A DNA stretch of 64,000 bases from Microthyrium microscopicum (lineage: Eukaryota), in contig MU004230.1 of NCBI GenBank assembly GCA_010405405.1, positions 4,172,282 through 4,236,281 of the forward strand, in the 5' to 3' direction. The position numbers were made by a program, and so were the translations under genes. Below the pieces are notes generated by a model. It ran no database searches. It had not been told where the DNA came from and worked only from the letters and a program-made list of their open reading frames with translations. Of the stretch, positions 12,340 to 25,384 are shown one piece after another (the stretch's first letter is position 1; each line of letters opens with the position of its first letter).

Positions 12340-15300
12340 GATGATGCGATGAAGAAATTTTGGTGTGGATTTCGATGTTGGAGTTGTCACGGAAGATGGA
12401 AACAAAGAACAGAATTAATGGAGGAATTCTGCTAGGTATAAGACCTAGAAAGGAAAAAAGGCTGTGGGAGGTGAAGTTGTGTGAGTGCAGGTTGGGGCAA
12501 TGGGCCGCGTGCGGATGGAGTAGCTTTAATAGAGTGAGCAGACTGAAGGAAGGAGCGCCCTGGCTGGTGGGTTGGGTGCAGTGCCCAGGCAAGCAAAAGC
12601 TCACAGTCTCAAATTCTGAAATCTTCCAAGCTTGACCTCTGTGCAAAATTAGCACAGTTCAATCAGCACTTGACCTGCAACCTCACGCGCCAAAGGTTCG
12701 ATCGCTTGAGCACTTGAGGATTGTCACGAACTACCAGTAGCCGAAAAAGCAGGACGATTGGACGACTCGAGCTCAGCAATAAAGGACCAAAGATACAGCC
12801 AGAGCAGCGGGAGAGACTGGTAAAGAAACAGAGAACAATTGCCGTTGCAAAGCGATGAAGGTGAACAGGTATAGTCGCAGGCGCAAGCTTTGCGCACTGC
12901 ACACAGCACGCAGACAAGAGCAAGGCATCGGGCAGTACAGACTCAGTCTCTTGCAGTCTTATGCTGCTATTCTACTAGGATCACGATGGATGCCCACTAC
13001 AAGGATACCTGGACAGGCAGCCCAATTAGTTATGTCTAGCACACAAGGACCAAAGCAAGCGAGCTACGAGTGTGCGAGCGCGAGTGCGCGCGGCATTCAG
13101 AAAGGATATGGCGTCGATGGCATTGGCCACCACCACATCAAAGATCCCCAACGTTGTGGAGGATTGGCGTAGCGATACTAGCGAACTGGCATCGCGGGGT
13201 ATTTAATGCGAGTGCGCACGCCCAGCATTAAATGGTCTGGGGCTTCTCGAAAACAGTGAAGGATACCAAACCAACACCCCGCGCTAAGTCCATGTGTCGG
13301 CCAATTGATAGTACCGTGCAAAGTCTCGAGCTTCAATATTGCCTTGGTACCGCCTCTCTTTTTGTAACAGCCTTGATAACACCCTAAAAATCTACATCTC
13401 GAGACCAGGACTGACACCAGCACGCTGGGCCAACCGTTTTTGGCTCTGACTTGACTCGGTTCCTGGTCCCTGCCATCTCGACCTCTATCCGACATGGCGA
13501 TTCTGTCATATACTGGGAAGAGTCGGGCCGGGGTCGCCAACCATTCTGACCATTCACGACGCGCTTCAATTGGCAAGCAGGTTGCGGGTGAAATGACAGA
13601 TCAACGGCCAGGCAAAGGCAATGAGAGCAGCAGAGAAACGCTCGACCCGTGATGTGGCCTACCATGCACTGGTACAAACGCACAGGGCTGCGGTTTTGCA
13701 CTCATGCAAAGCTAGGTGGCCCACAGCATCGGGGAACCTTGGAGCAGGCCAGCAATTTCCCGCAGAGAACCGACCTATAACGACTAGTGTCTATACCAAT
13801 GCCTATTGCGCAAAGCATGGATGTCCTTTGATCGACTTTAGAGGTCTGATCAATCTGATACGCACCTACACTGCCAAACTGCGTATCAAGCGTCTTGCTA
13901 GAGCTGGTGGCTTGTCTACTTCCTCCACCGTTGAGTGAGCAAAGTGTCTCTTTGCATGGTAATATGTTTGGCACCAATATCAAGGTCGCTTTTTCTTTTG
14001 CCGACTCGCTGGCTACGTTCTCTGCCAATAATAGATCGAAATAATTCAGATATTGGGTTCCAAGTCCACCTGACGAACGCGAAATGAAGTCGACACTTTG
14101 GCATTCAATGGGACCAGGGCAGGCTTTCCATTCCGGAGTAATATTACTGAGTTTTGGGCGAGGAAACTCAATAATCCCTCTAAAGTCTAGTTTAGCAACC
14201 GTATCATAACTTGGGCGTTATCTAACAAGGCTCAAGAACACAATCTCTCCAAATTTTGAGGAAGTTGTAAGCGGACAGTATTGTTGTATCGAGCCGCTGC
14301 ATTCAAAATGATCAATTTTGGTGACACAAAAAGCCTAGAGATGCATAATAAGCTCTCGATGCACACATGCACGTATATTGCAGGAAAAACGCGGTGAACG
14401 ATTATAGGCATGGTGGGGTCTGTCTGGCTCACAATTCTGATTGTCAAAAGTTTTCGCAGACAAAACTTTTGGCGAGAGCATTGAATATCTCTATGCAAAA
14501 ATAAGCCACAGTCCGTTGTCGGTGTTTGTATCCATTGGTGTTGTTCAACAACTCGTTGGTGAAACATGCAGTCGATGGCGTTTACTTCCAAGGTATCCAG
14601 GCGATATATTGCATGCCAGCTAAGTATTCAGGTCGGACAATGATAACGGTGGCCGTTGACTTCCAAGCCAGTTTTGAACGTCTTACGGCAGTGAAGGTCT
14701 TTGCATCGTCTGAGATTTCATTGGGCGCCATGGTTCGGTCTGGATTCAGCCATCTTGGTCGTCAAGGAGGTCGTTGTACAGCATCAGTGGCGCTGATTGT
14801 GAGTGTGAGACATACCAGTAACCGTACCAGTGGTTATACAACCGCTTGATATGCATTGAATGACGGCCCTTGTTGTATGCATATGGGGTTGGGACCAAGA
14901 TAGCAGCATTCTGCAGCCTGGGCTGTGGTAGGCAGGCCAGGATTTTGAGAATCCATTTCTAGATCCTTTCATGATGCTCTTCCCGGACCGTGGCATTGAA
15001 TGCATCGTGGGATGCCTTGGAGAATATGCAATGATTTTCTGGTTGAGGGTCGATGGTAGGCCCCTGTTTGTCGATCGGGACTTCATTTCGTTTGACTTAA
15101 CAATTGCAATGCAGTCGATTGCATATTATGCAACCAATTGAAATTTGGAACAATATACAGTCTAATACTCTGTAGGTACGCCATGCTCTCTAAACCATCA
15201 CCAAGTCGGCTGGTATGGAACTGCTGGACTCTTTCGAAATGCAACCGGCTGCACCTGCCACAATGCAAGATCGCAACTCCCTTCACAACTGGAAAGCATG

Positions 15301-15780
15301 ACTCTGCCGATAGACTGGATTGTTGCAACTGCCATTCCCATCGTTTTCCATCGTGATTGACTAATCATGCCCTCATTTTTTCTTCTCGAACAAAGTCGAA
15401 TTGGTTGCCTTGACTGCATCCTGGTTGTTGGCAGGTAGTCGTATAACCATTCCTGATGCTGCATCTTCTCATTCATCTTTGAGGCTTTGGTCGCAGCGGG
15501 AGCCAAGCACGTACCGCTGTCATATTCAGCATCACTGGTGCTTGCAGCCGACAAGATCAACCAAGGTCAGGGACAGGAGCATCGCGTCGGCCAACCAGAT
15601 ACAGCTTTCACTGTACTTTGACGGCCCGGACGACCCTATTCGCCAGCTGGTTTTCTCCCTGAGGTTTGATCTTCTTTCAAGTCTGCTATAGTCGGGGACT
15701 ACCCTAGCGGGCATCTGCAAGTGGCCCCTCCTTTCACTCACGCCATTGCCGTGCTCGCTGGTTGTTGGATATCTTATCCA

Positions 15781-17840
15781 ATGGACATTGAGCTGTGGGT
15801 GCAGGGAGTTGTCGCAGAAGAACAGCGTGGCACACCAACCCGGCTGGGTCTCCATGACTTTCTGCAACCAAAGCCATCGCCGGTTGACCAGGGGCATCGA
15901 CACGGGAAGAGAAGGAAGCGCAGTGACAGTGGTTCATTCCTTGAAACAGCAATTCAGCAACCCGGCTCCAAGAAACGTAAACTTCGAGACAAGAGTACAC
16001 CTCGAGCTGTCAGTCAGGATTCCTCTGCAGAATTATCGGCGGCTCCTGCTGCTGTAAGGTCTGAGGATAGTAGTGAGCGATATAAGCGAAAAGCCCGTCG
16101 GAAGACCAAGGACGATACTTATCATCCCAAAACCAAGCACTCGAGGACCAAAGATGATGATGTTCACAGAAGCCGTGACCATTCCAAGTCCAAGAAGAGG
16201 AGAAAGGATAGCGAGACAAAAAAGAAAGACAGATACAACGCAGTTGCAATCCATGACTTCCAAGCGAAGAATGTTTCTCAGAACCGTTTGACTGTAAGTC
16301 CAGGCTTCTTGATATGGAAGGAATCGCGCTGACGAGATCCAGTTTCGCCATCCAGGAGGTATTGGAGTGTTTGGAAATGTCAAGACATCAGCAGACCGAA
16401 GAGACCTTGAATGTACGGGTATGCCTCTGCTTTCTCTATTATGCTAATTCTTGCTGGATAGTACCGGATCTGGCTTTCTCGCGAATGCAATACGCTGCAC
16501 CTGAACGTAATACAAACTTGGAACGGCGCAGTTCAGTAGATGAATCACCAACAGAATCTCATAGTGACACACCCAAGCGAGACACTTCAGCATACTTCGC
16601 GAAACCTGGTAAAGCTAGACAAGGCTCCCATCTCCATCAGCTGAGCCAGATAAAGGAGGTGACAGGTTCTCGTCTATCTCGTCGCCAAGAAATCTTGTCA
16701 ACGACGAGTACTTCAAGAAACAAAAAGACGTCTTCCGAGTTACTGGAGAGGACAATGAAAGCTCCTCGGGAACCAGGCTCAAGACAACAACAGGAGAAGA
16801 TTCATCGCTCTTCAAGCTACGTCAGTTGGTCGGATACAGCAAATCGATCAGAGGCGCATTTCGAGTTTCCGAAAGTTAGTGGCGCCGTGGAACAGAGCGA
16901 GTTCAAGTTCAAGCCAGGGCCATACAGAAGTTCCAGTCTTGGAGCGGTGAGAAAATCAATGGATCCGTCTGTCCAGAGAGGACAAGCTCTCAGGCGAGCA
17001 AGATCTGATCAGGCGCATTACTCGACGAACATGTCTGGAGAGTTACGCAGTATGAATTCCCGAGAGCCATCTTTGCCAGGATCGAGCCCAAAACTTGTTG
17101 ACAGACAGTCTCTTCCTCAATTCCAGCACAGCGCGATCAATAAAAGGTTCGAACCGCAACATTCATCTCGAGCACCACACGCGGCTTCAAACCGCGATCG
17201 TTCTGCCTATCACCCCGCCATGGATCCGCGGAATTATTCGGTACCGCAAGAAGACTCTCGTCCTACCAGAGAGTCCGGAAGAAAACAAACCGCAGAGGGT
17301 CCAGATGATCCATCTTCATCTTCGCTGGCTCGACTTTTGAGTCATTGCAACCAGGTCCAGAACGATCTAGAAGCCATGGCCGATAATCAAGATGAAAGAT
17401 TATCAATAAGACAACACAGACGAGGTATACCAGAAGATATGCCAGAAAGTTACCCAGACTTGCCAGAACGACGAAGCACCGTGGATACTGATTTATTTGA
17501 AGAGTTGTCGTACCCGGATTATCCCGATGGCGGCGGATTAGACCAAATCGACCAGAGGTCCGATGTCGAGATGAATGGCCACCCTGGCTATTCGCAACTT
17601 GCAAGTGACAGTTGGAAAGACGATGAATTGCCAAGTAGGATTGAGTTTGGCGCTGATCGAAGAGTTCAATTCGAGGAGGGATTCTCAGAAGATTGTGCGG
17701 AGGATGACGGTCCAACAACGCGCCCTGCAATCAACATTCCCTGTGTTGGAGGTCTTCGACCAGATATGTTGTTCAATCAAACACCAGAACGTCATCAAGG
17801 CGACATTTCAGGCTTCTGGAGACCAAATCGACTATATTGA
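15781..17840 (+). CDS. Hypothetical basic, largely low-complexity (probably nuclear) fungal protein, 3 exons
   Basis: Exons ~15781-16292, 16343-16412 and 16462-17840 join in frame (NRLT-FRHPGGIGVFGN...-LPDLAFSRM). Lys/Arg clusters are present and the protein ends GFWRPNRLY*. The start codon is uncertain. Confidence 0.65.
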
Positions 17841-18674
17841 TTCGGGTGACGGAGGATTGTATAGAGGCATACATTCAAAGGGCGGCCGTGGAGATGGAGG
17901 GAGAAGATCGGTGAATGTCTTGAGATGAGAAGGACATCCTGGTACGAGTCCCCACAGATAGCATGTTTGTCAACACCAACTATTACCAATGCAATCCTGA
18001 TGGATCAAGTGGATTCAAGGATAGTAAAGCACTGATTTGCTGATGACTGCTTGAACATGTAGAACGACGATGGGGCCATGTGTGCGGTCAGTCGATGTGA
18101 TGCACAAGGATGAAATGAGTATTATGAGAGGAGAAGGAAAAGCATCGCCTTACCAAGTTCTAATCTTGGAACTTTTCCTGCTTCGGAACGGTTCATCGAT
18201 GTAATTTTACATAAAATACCGGGTACCTGGCGCAGACACGCCTCTCGACACTTAGCAACCAATGAACAACATAAATGGCTTGCCCCAACATCATCGCCAA
18301 CTTCCATGCTTCGCTTCGTTATAGAGTATTATATCCTGTAGAGTATGTAGACAACCGCGTAAAATATCGATCAAGCTTGGAAGTAGAGTAGGTATGTATT
18401 TTGTATCAGTGATGATAAACCGTGGTAGGTATCGAATTGATGTGCGTGCCATTCGTTTTATCTATCGATTACTACTCTAGGTACAGAACACTTACTTCTG
18501 TCTGCAACAACCTTTGCAGAAGAATTGACTTTACATCCATCTCAAGCCGCATTGCATTTACCGGCTTCTGCAAGAGCTTTGGAGCAGAGATCAATGAATG
18601 CTCCTACTCCGTGGTAACCCGAGGTAAAAGCATGAAAGGGCACGACTTCCACGCAGCCGATAACTCCTGGTGAA

Positions 18675-20014
18675 ATGCTTCTCAAGCTTGCTGTGGTGCC
18701 AAAACCTTCGCCGGGTATTCTGCAGTCCACGACCGTTCGTCCGTTGAACAATCCACTCCCACGATCAATTCCACTCCAGAGGCGCGTCCAGACCGCCAAT
18801 TCCATCTGCAGATTCCCAACCGTTGTCACTCCCGCGTCTCCTGGCCGCCAAGTCACGTTCAAGCTGGCAGCTCTGCGCCCCACCACGCGGGTGCAAATAC
18901 TCGCAAACCACTTTTCCACTTCTTCTTCTTCTTCCTCCTCTTCACAACCTCCTGCACCTGTTGCTTCGACAAATCCCAACATGGCGTATACTACCCGAAA
19001 GGTCGCTGCTCCTCACACTTTGGAGCACCGCGTCTACATTGAGAAGGATGGCGTGCCCGTCTCCCCATTTCACGATATTCCCCTCTATGCCAATGCTCAG
19101 CAAACGATCCTGAACATGATCGTTGAAGTCCCACGATGGACCAATGCCAAGATGGAGGTATGGAAATCTCCCAGGAAATCTGTTAAGCGTTCATGGACCC
19201 GGGTGCTAATTCCCTGAGCAGATCTCCAAGGAGGAAACCCTCAACCCAATTAAGCAGGACATCAAGAAGGGAAAGCTTCGATTTGTCCGCAACTGCTTCC
19301 CACACAAAGGTTATCTCTGGAACTACGGTGCCTTCCCTCAAGTCAGTATACAATGGTATCACATCAGGTCTAGGAAAGTATGCTAATGAAGAGCAGACAT
19401 GGGAAGACCCCAACGTCGTTCACCCGGAGACCAAGGCTAAGGGAGATAACGATCCTCTCGACGTCTGCGAAATCGGCGAGCTCGTTGCAAAGACCGGCGA
19501 AGTCAAACAAGTCAAGGTTCTTGGAATCATGGCCCTCCTTGACGAGGAAGAGACCGACTGGAAGGTCATTGTGATTGACGTCAACGACCCATTGGCTCCC
19601 AAGCTCAATGATGTCGAAGATGTTGAGCGACACCTACCTGGTCTTCTACGTGCCACCAATGAGTGGTTCCGCATCTACAAGATCCCAGATGGCAAGCCAG
19701 AGAACCAATTTGCCTTCTCCGGCGAAGCAAAGAACAAGAAGTAAGTCATTGACTATTCATACATCTTCATACTTACCAACTACTCTAGGTACGCCATGGA
19801 TATTGTCCGTGAATGTGCCGAAGCATGGGAACGTCTCATCACTGGCAAGACTGCCCCCAACGGCCTCGCTCTAACCAACACCACCCTCAGCCACTCTGCC
19901 GACACCGTCAACCCTAGCTCCGTCAAGATTCCCGAGGGCGAGCACATTGCCCCAGAACCAATTGATCCCAGCATTGACAAGTGGTTCTTCATCTCCGGCG
20001 CTCCATCTGGTTAA
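18675..20014 (+). CDS. IPP1: Inorganic pyrophosphatase (family I) with N-terminal extension; second ATG at 18981
   Basis: Motifs [62 protein letters not shown] and [11 protein letters not shown]. Three introns. Confidence 0.97.
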
Positions 20015-20196
20015 GGGATTGGTAAGGGCGTTGAGAGTTTGTATATGACACTCATACCCAGTTCGACACATTTGCAACGGGAATATAGATAAAAGTGTCC
20101 TTTGAATACCATTTTAAAAAATATTCGCTTAATGCGAGAACCGCTTCAAAAATCATGACTCCGTATGCTATGCTCTTGAAAAATGTGTCCAATCCT

Positions 20197-20537
20197 TTAC
20201 CCTGCCAGGTCTTCCTTTCTCGCCAGTAACCTTGAATGCCGGTCTACTTGCTCAACAATATCGTTTATCCGTAACTCCTTGAGGTCAAACTTCATCTCTT
20301 TGCCATCCTCTGTTGTCTTATTAGTCCCATTGAGCTCTCATGCGGGTCCGCAAACATACTAAACTTGACGTCTAGCACAGTCGGCTTCACTGGATGTGGC
20401 GGTAATAGAGAGGTGGTGATTTTCATTTGAGCTCGAGCATCGGCTGGTATACAGGAGAGGAATATTCTTGCTGCCTTTGCGCGTTTGGAGAAGGGGTTGA
20501 ATTTGGCAGTGACTTCGGTCAGGTATTTGGTGATCAT
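20197..20537 (-). CDS. MRPL44: Mitochondrial large-subunit ribosomal protein mL53 (yeast Mrpl44)
   Basis: MITKYLTEVTAKFNPFSKRAKAARIFL...VKF, one intron, then KDGKEMKFDLKELRINDIVEQVDRHSRLLARKEDLAG*. Confidence 0.88.
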
Positions 20538-20868
20538 GACGGACAAATTGGGGAGCTGCGCAGCTCAGAAGGGATCGGAAGAGGTACGATCGTGTAAAAA
20601 ACGGTCAGGAATGGATAGCGGGATTCTGTTATCGAATGGGTCTTTGTATTCTACCTCTAGAAGAGCACTTAAAGTTCACGACATTTTCTAGGCATTGATA
20701 TTCGGCCCGATACCCCTGTCTGGATCCGAGCCACGCGAGCCCAAGGCCCGAGCCGAACTGCCGACTTCACTTGCATATCATGACGCTGGCGTGGCCATTT
20801 GATACCGCAAAAAGGTCCCAATAAGCTCTCCCCTGGCCAACCGCCCTCGCATACCTTCCCTCCATACC

Positions 20869-22129
20869 ATGACGTCCTCTCAACTCCAGTCTCTAGAAGC
20901 GAGACTCACCGCGCTCCACGAAACCCATAAAACCACTCTCCAACTCATCACTCGACTCGCCAATCTCAAGTTCCAGCCAGGCTCTTTGTCATTATCAAAC
21001 GACGGAGAGAACGTACAAACCGAATTGACATCTGAGATACATGAAGGCTTAAAGAAGGAAGACGAAGAGCTTGAAATCCTCAAGCAAGAAGTCCAGGACG
21101 TCACAACCCTCGATCACGGCGCAACTGCCAGAAGAGATACACAAAAAGGCAAGGAGCAGGCGCGATTAGCAGTACAGCTTGCAAGACTAGGAGAGGACTT
21201 TAAGAAGTACGTGACCTTCATGATTCTATCCCCAACATCCATTCTAACTCATCCTCAGCGCGAGAGCACGATTCCGTTCAGCACAAGTCCAATCAAAACG
21301 CAACGCCCAACTCGCGCGCATCCAAGAACGCGATCTCCTATTCAACAACAAATCCGACGGACAAAGCGAAGAAGCGCCCTTTCTCCGGCGTGCACGAGAC
21401 CGACCCAAAGGCCAAGACGAAGCAGTCGCAGCATCAGGCGACGTCACCGCAGCACTACGACGAACACAACAACTCCTCTTAACAGAAGTCCAACGATCAC
21501 ATTTCGCGCAAGAAATATTTGACCAGTCAAGCGAGGCGATTAAGAATCTCTCTGAAACCTACAACGACCTTGACTCATTACTATCATCATCAAAAACTCT
21601 CGTATCAACACTTGTCAAAAGCACAAAAAGTGACACGTGGTACCTTGAGACATCCGTATACATCCTTTTAGCGACTATCAGCTGGCTGCTTTTCAGACGT
21701 GTATTCTGGTATCCATTCTGGTTACTTGTCTGGCTCATCATTAGGCCTGCTTATCGAATGGTCTTTGGTATTTTCAGCATCATCGGCATCGGCGGTGCAT
21801 CTAAATCGGTTGCAATATCTTCGTCACTGGCAGGTCTACCGCTGGAAAACTCGATTGTTGCTACTCCATCTGTCATTATGCCAGGACAGGAAAAAGTCGT
21901 TTCTCAAAACGCGAATCAGGAGACTGGCGAGCATCCAGTGTCGGACGAGATCGCTGCTATGGCGGACAAGAGCCAGGAGCAGGGCAAGGAGAAGGTTGTG
22001 CGGGGCGATGGTACCACTCTGGAGCATTTTGATAAGCCACGAAATCCGAAGAAGAGAATGTTTGAGTACAAGGCGGGCGAAGAGGCAGAAAAAGAAAAGG
22101 CTGCGCAGAAGGAAAAGGACGAGCTATGA
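20869..22129 (+). CDS. SEC20: ER SNARE Sec20
   Basis: An intron at 21208-21258 joins to ARARFRSAQ and ASGDVTAALRRTQQLL..EVQRSHFAQE. A hydrophobic segment YILLATISWLLFRRVFW follows, and the protein ends in KDEL. Confidence 0.88.
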
Positions 22130-22870
22130 TAGCGATTTCAACATGAGCCTAAACTTACCTGAGCATATTTCCAGCTAAGTACCCCCTAACAATTAAACCT
22201 TTTCTTATTGCAACCGCAGTCGTTCGCCGTAGCGCGATGTCTTTCTCTAACGGGAACATGTTACTAACGCAACCCTTGAGACTTGGCTTCTGATGTGTTC
22301 CAGATGCATGACATCAGAGAGACCTGTCGTCGGCCACGTATCAATCCACCCAAACCAAAGATGCTCTGGAGATAAGCTATGGCGTCGGTTGTGCGGTTGG
22401 CACGCATGACCGCAAGTTGAGTGTGATGCGCGTGTCATATTTTTTGGAGGTCCTACTCTACCTATTGATTGGATTAATCTTTTTCCAGGATTACCGCGTG
22501 GGAGAGATCATGGCTTACACCGTCTTTTCGTTCCAAGGAGCGACGTGGCCTAAATCTCTCTCATTTTTCTCGAGATCCTGGTGCAGAATCGAGCCCAATT
22601 TCCTGGTTTCCATTCCACTACAAGCTCAACGGATTGGAGAGTGTCGATCTAGCTGAACCCAGCCATGTACAATGCCGCCTTGCAGCACTGCTCGCAGTTC
22701 CTCAATTGTGCATGCAGCTGGGACAGAGCCTATCGGAGGACATGGCTGCACATTTTCGCAACTTAACAGCAGAGATTGGCCTCATTAGGCTTGACAAAAA
22801 ATGTGCTAAAGCCGCTCCGAACGGATAGGTACGGAGCCTAAGCCAAGTTCGCTCCACACGTATCACGAGA

Positions 22871-23327
22871 AGGCAACCGTTAAAGCATATTCATCATAAT
22901 TCAAGATTCACGAAATACTTTCGGCGCATGAGTCACAATCATAAACGAATTGAAAACCGCCTGCAGGAATCAAGGCAAGCAAACGATGCACGTAAACATG
23001 TAAGAAATTGCCTTATAGCTAATGCGATTCTGCCAGGAAATACGCTGGCGCAACAGATCAGGCCGTCTTGGCGGTGCTTGAAGTGGAGGAGGAGGCAGAA
23101 GTTTCGAGGATTTCGGAGTCAAAAAAGCGGCAGTAGGCAACTGGCCCGGTTGGCAGACGCAAGGCAATTATCAGTTGCCTATTTTCGATTCACCAGCCCA
23201 ATCAGCAATTGCGATTTGCTTCAAATCGCTAAGTTCATCCCTGCCGACCAAAAGTTATCGCCGCGACGCCGCATTTCGCCTTTATTAAAGGCAGTCTGGG
23301 ACAATCGCCACCACCCCAAGTCAGGCA
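22871..23327. promoter_or_regulatory. Cluster of 9 AGGCA/TGCCT motifs (ACE1/SltA-type sites) upstream of the orphan gene at 23863
   Basis: Motifs at 22871, 22973, 23009, 23093, 23135, 23162, 23176, 23289 and 23323. Includes a perfect 10-bp inverted pair, TAGGCAACTG (23134) / CAGTTGCCTA (23172). Confidence 0.5.
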
Positions 23328-23862
23328 CATTTGCTTGCGCCGACACCACACAAGACAGAATTATCATGTCGTATCAATTGGGGCCCAGACGACGAGACTG
23401 TATCCACGGACACGGATTTCATCTTTATTGGTCCAATCTCAAGGTTTTATGCCAGTGACACCCATTGATGCGTGGCTACTGCTGTTGATTAGTCTTTACA
23501 GTGCCAATCTTCGACTTCATTGAGTAGCAAGCGTCTCAAAGCCACTGAGCATCAGTATTTGACATCTTTATCTGCATAAAGCATGAGGTCGACCATGGCT
23601 GAGTCGCTCGGGGGTATAAAATTGTACCAGAGCCCGCGTGAACAACTCAGTTGAATTTCCGCACTCTTCTAGAAATATATGATTTCGGTTACATATCATT
23701 CTAACAGCAACGATTTGTACTGGCACTTGTCTTGCTCCCTCTGTTTTGGCTGATACCCTTCTTACTGTCTTATTATTCGCTGACTTTCCTATCCTTATGT
23801 CCACACGCTATTGCAGTCTTGACATCCCCATCTCACCCCTAGGTACTCTACAGTTAATCGCA

Positions 23863-24405
23863 ATGTCTCAAGGCGATAAAGAAGTTATAATCGATCATTT
23901 ACTGCGCATTCGTCAACATCATAACGAGTGAGTGATGAAACTGTGCACAAGTATATTTCCATCTAATCAAGCATGTAGCGAGCATGACATGGATACACAA
24001 TCCAGTGCTACTGCTGTTGAAGAATCTTCGGAAACTCTTAGCGTGAACACTGTCAGTACTGTCCGGGTTATGCTAGAGGTCACCTCTAGCACAAACAACT
24101 CGGGCCCACAACCTCTCATGTTAGCGGGTACAGGGGAATGGATGCCAGTCAGTATGAATGGACCGTATCGTCTTTCGATTGATTATCAAGACTTGGAGGC
24201 TGCTCTGATCGCATACCAAGCTACTCGGCAGTCACTGTCTTCTTCAGATGTCATCAACCCAGCTGCCTGGACCACTCAGATTGATGTCGAAGCATTTTGG
24301 GTACCAGAAGGACATGACCAATATCACAGCACTCAAAGCCTTAACCCAGAACCTGCTGGTAGATCAGAAATGGCCAGAACTACTCAATATTTCGGCTCTG
24401 GCTAA
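23863..24405 (+). CDS. Orphan two-exon protein (~163 aa) with no recognised domain
   Basis: Exon 23863-23927, intron GTGAGT...CTAAT...TAG at 23928-23978, exon 23979-24405. They join in frame as MSQGDKEVIIDHLLRIRQHHNDEHDMDTQSS... Confidence 0.6.
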
Positions 24406-25384
24406 TTGTGAGGGTCCCGTCGTTCTTCCAATGCAATGAATGCAAACAAAAAGGCTAATGGTGTCTATCTCTCACTTGATCTTAAGCAACTCTTCATACC
24501 TCTCCGCTCCCCAAAACGCGTCTTTCCAGTAAGGCCCTTACGAATTTGCTTCGCTTATATACGCTTCAGGAAGATATTCCTTGCCATCTATCCATTCGTT
24601 TATGTACTTGACCTCAATATAGCGACTGTTAGTAAGCTCGAGTAGCCAAGAATAATAAAATCAAGCTCTCGAGATGTTGTTTGCCTACGTATGTAAAGTA
24701 TCCGATATCCGTAGAAACAATTGAGTGAATTATCTTCATCGATTCGTGACTTTCTCACTTCTGATTATGCGTTGTGAAGATATGTCGAATCAACGTGTCT
24801 TCTCATCACCGTACTAAGCAGGATGCGTGCGTTTGCCTTGGGGTCCAGCACGGGTCGTGCTGGTTTCCAGTAGTCACGTAGAATAGAACTCCGTCAAACA
24901 CTTCTAAGACTCTCACCTCGAGAAGCGAGTGGCGCTGAGTCTAGCGCGGTTGACGGTCATATACCGAAATGCAAGCCGATAAGTGTTTCATCACAGCATA
25001 TCAACTCATGTGTGTATCAAGGCATTGAAAACGGTAGATTTGTTTTAGTAATAAACCAAGTTAACATTATACCGCAAGCTTATTGCAAAGAGAACCAATC
25101 AAACCATTGAAACAGAGCACTTTTGGGACGATCCCAGACATTTCAGTTAAAGCAACACCCTACAACAAGATTCGGAGCCTTTTGGCTTCTACTAGGCGAG
25201 TATACGTGCCATTGTATCTACTAGTATTAGGATACTCACCGAGTACATAGGACGATATTGTCAAGGGCGAAATCTTGAATGCTAGGTACGTGGTACATGA
25301 AGGAAATTTGAGGGGCTGAACCCGCACGTATAAAAAGAAGACTACCGAGAGAATAGCAGGTAGTGTAGAACAGACGAAATGAAA

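Noticed and set aside
12400..15700. Many 60-130 aa ORFs in the long intergenic region
   Set aside because: No domain, consistent strand or splice structure, so they are treated as chance ORFs in regulatory DNA.
22928..23458. 176-aa ORF over the AGGCA cluster
   Set aside because: It has no recognisable motif and an atypical composition, and is better explained as promoter DNA.
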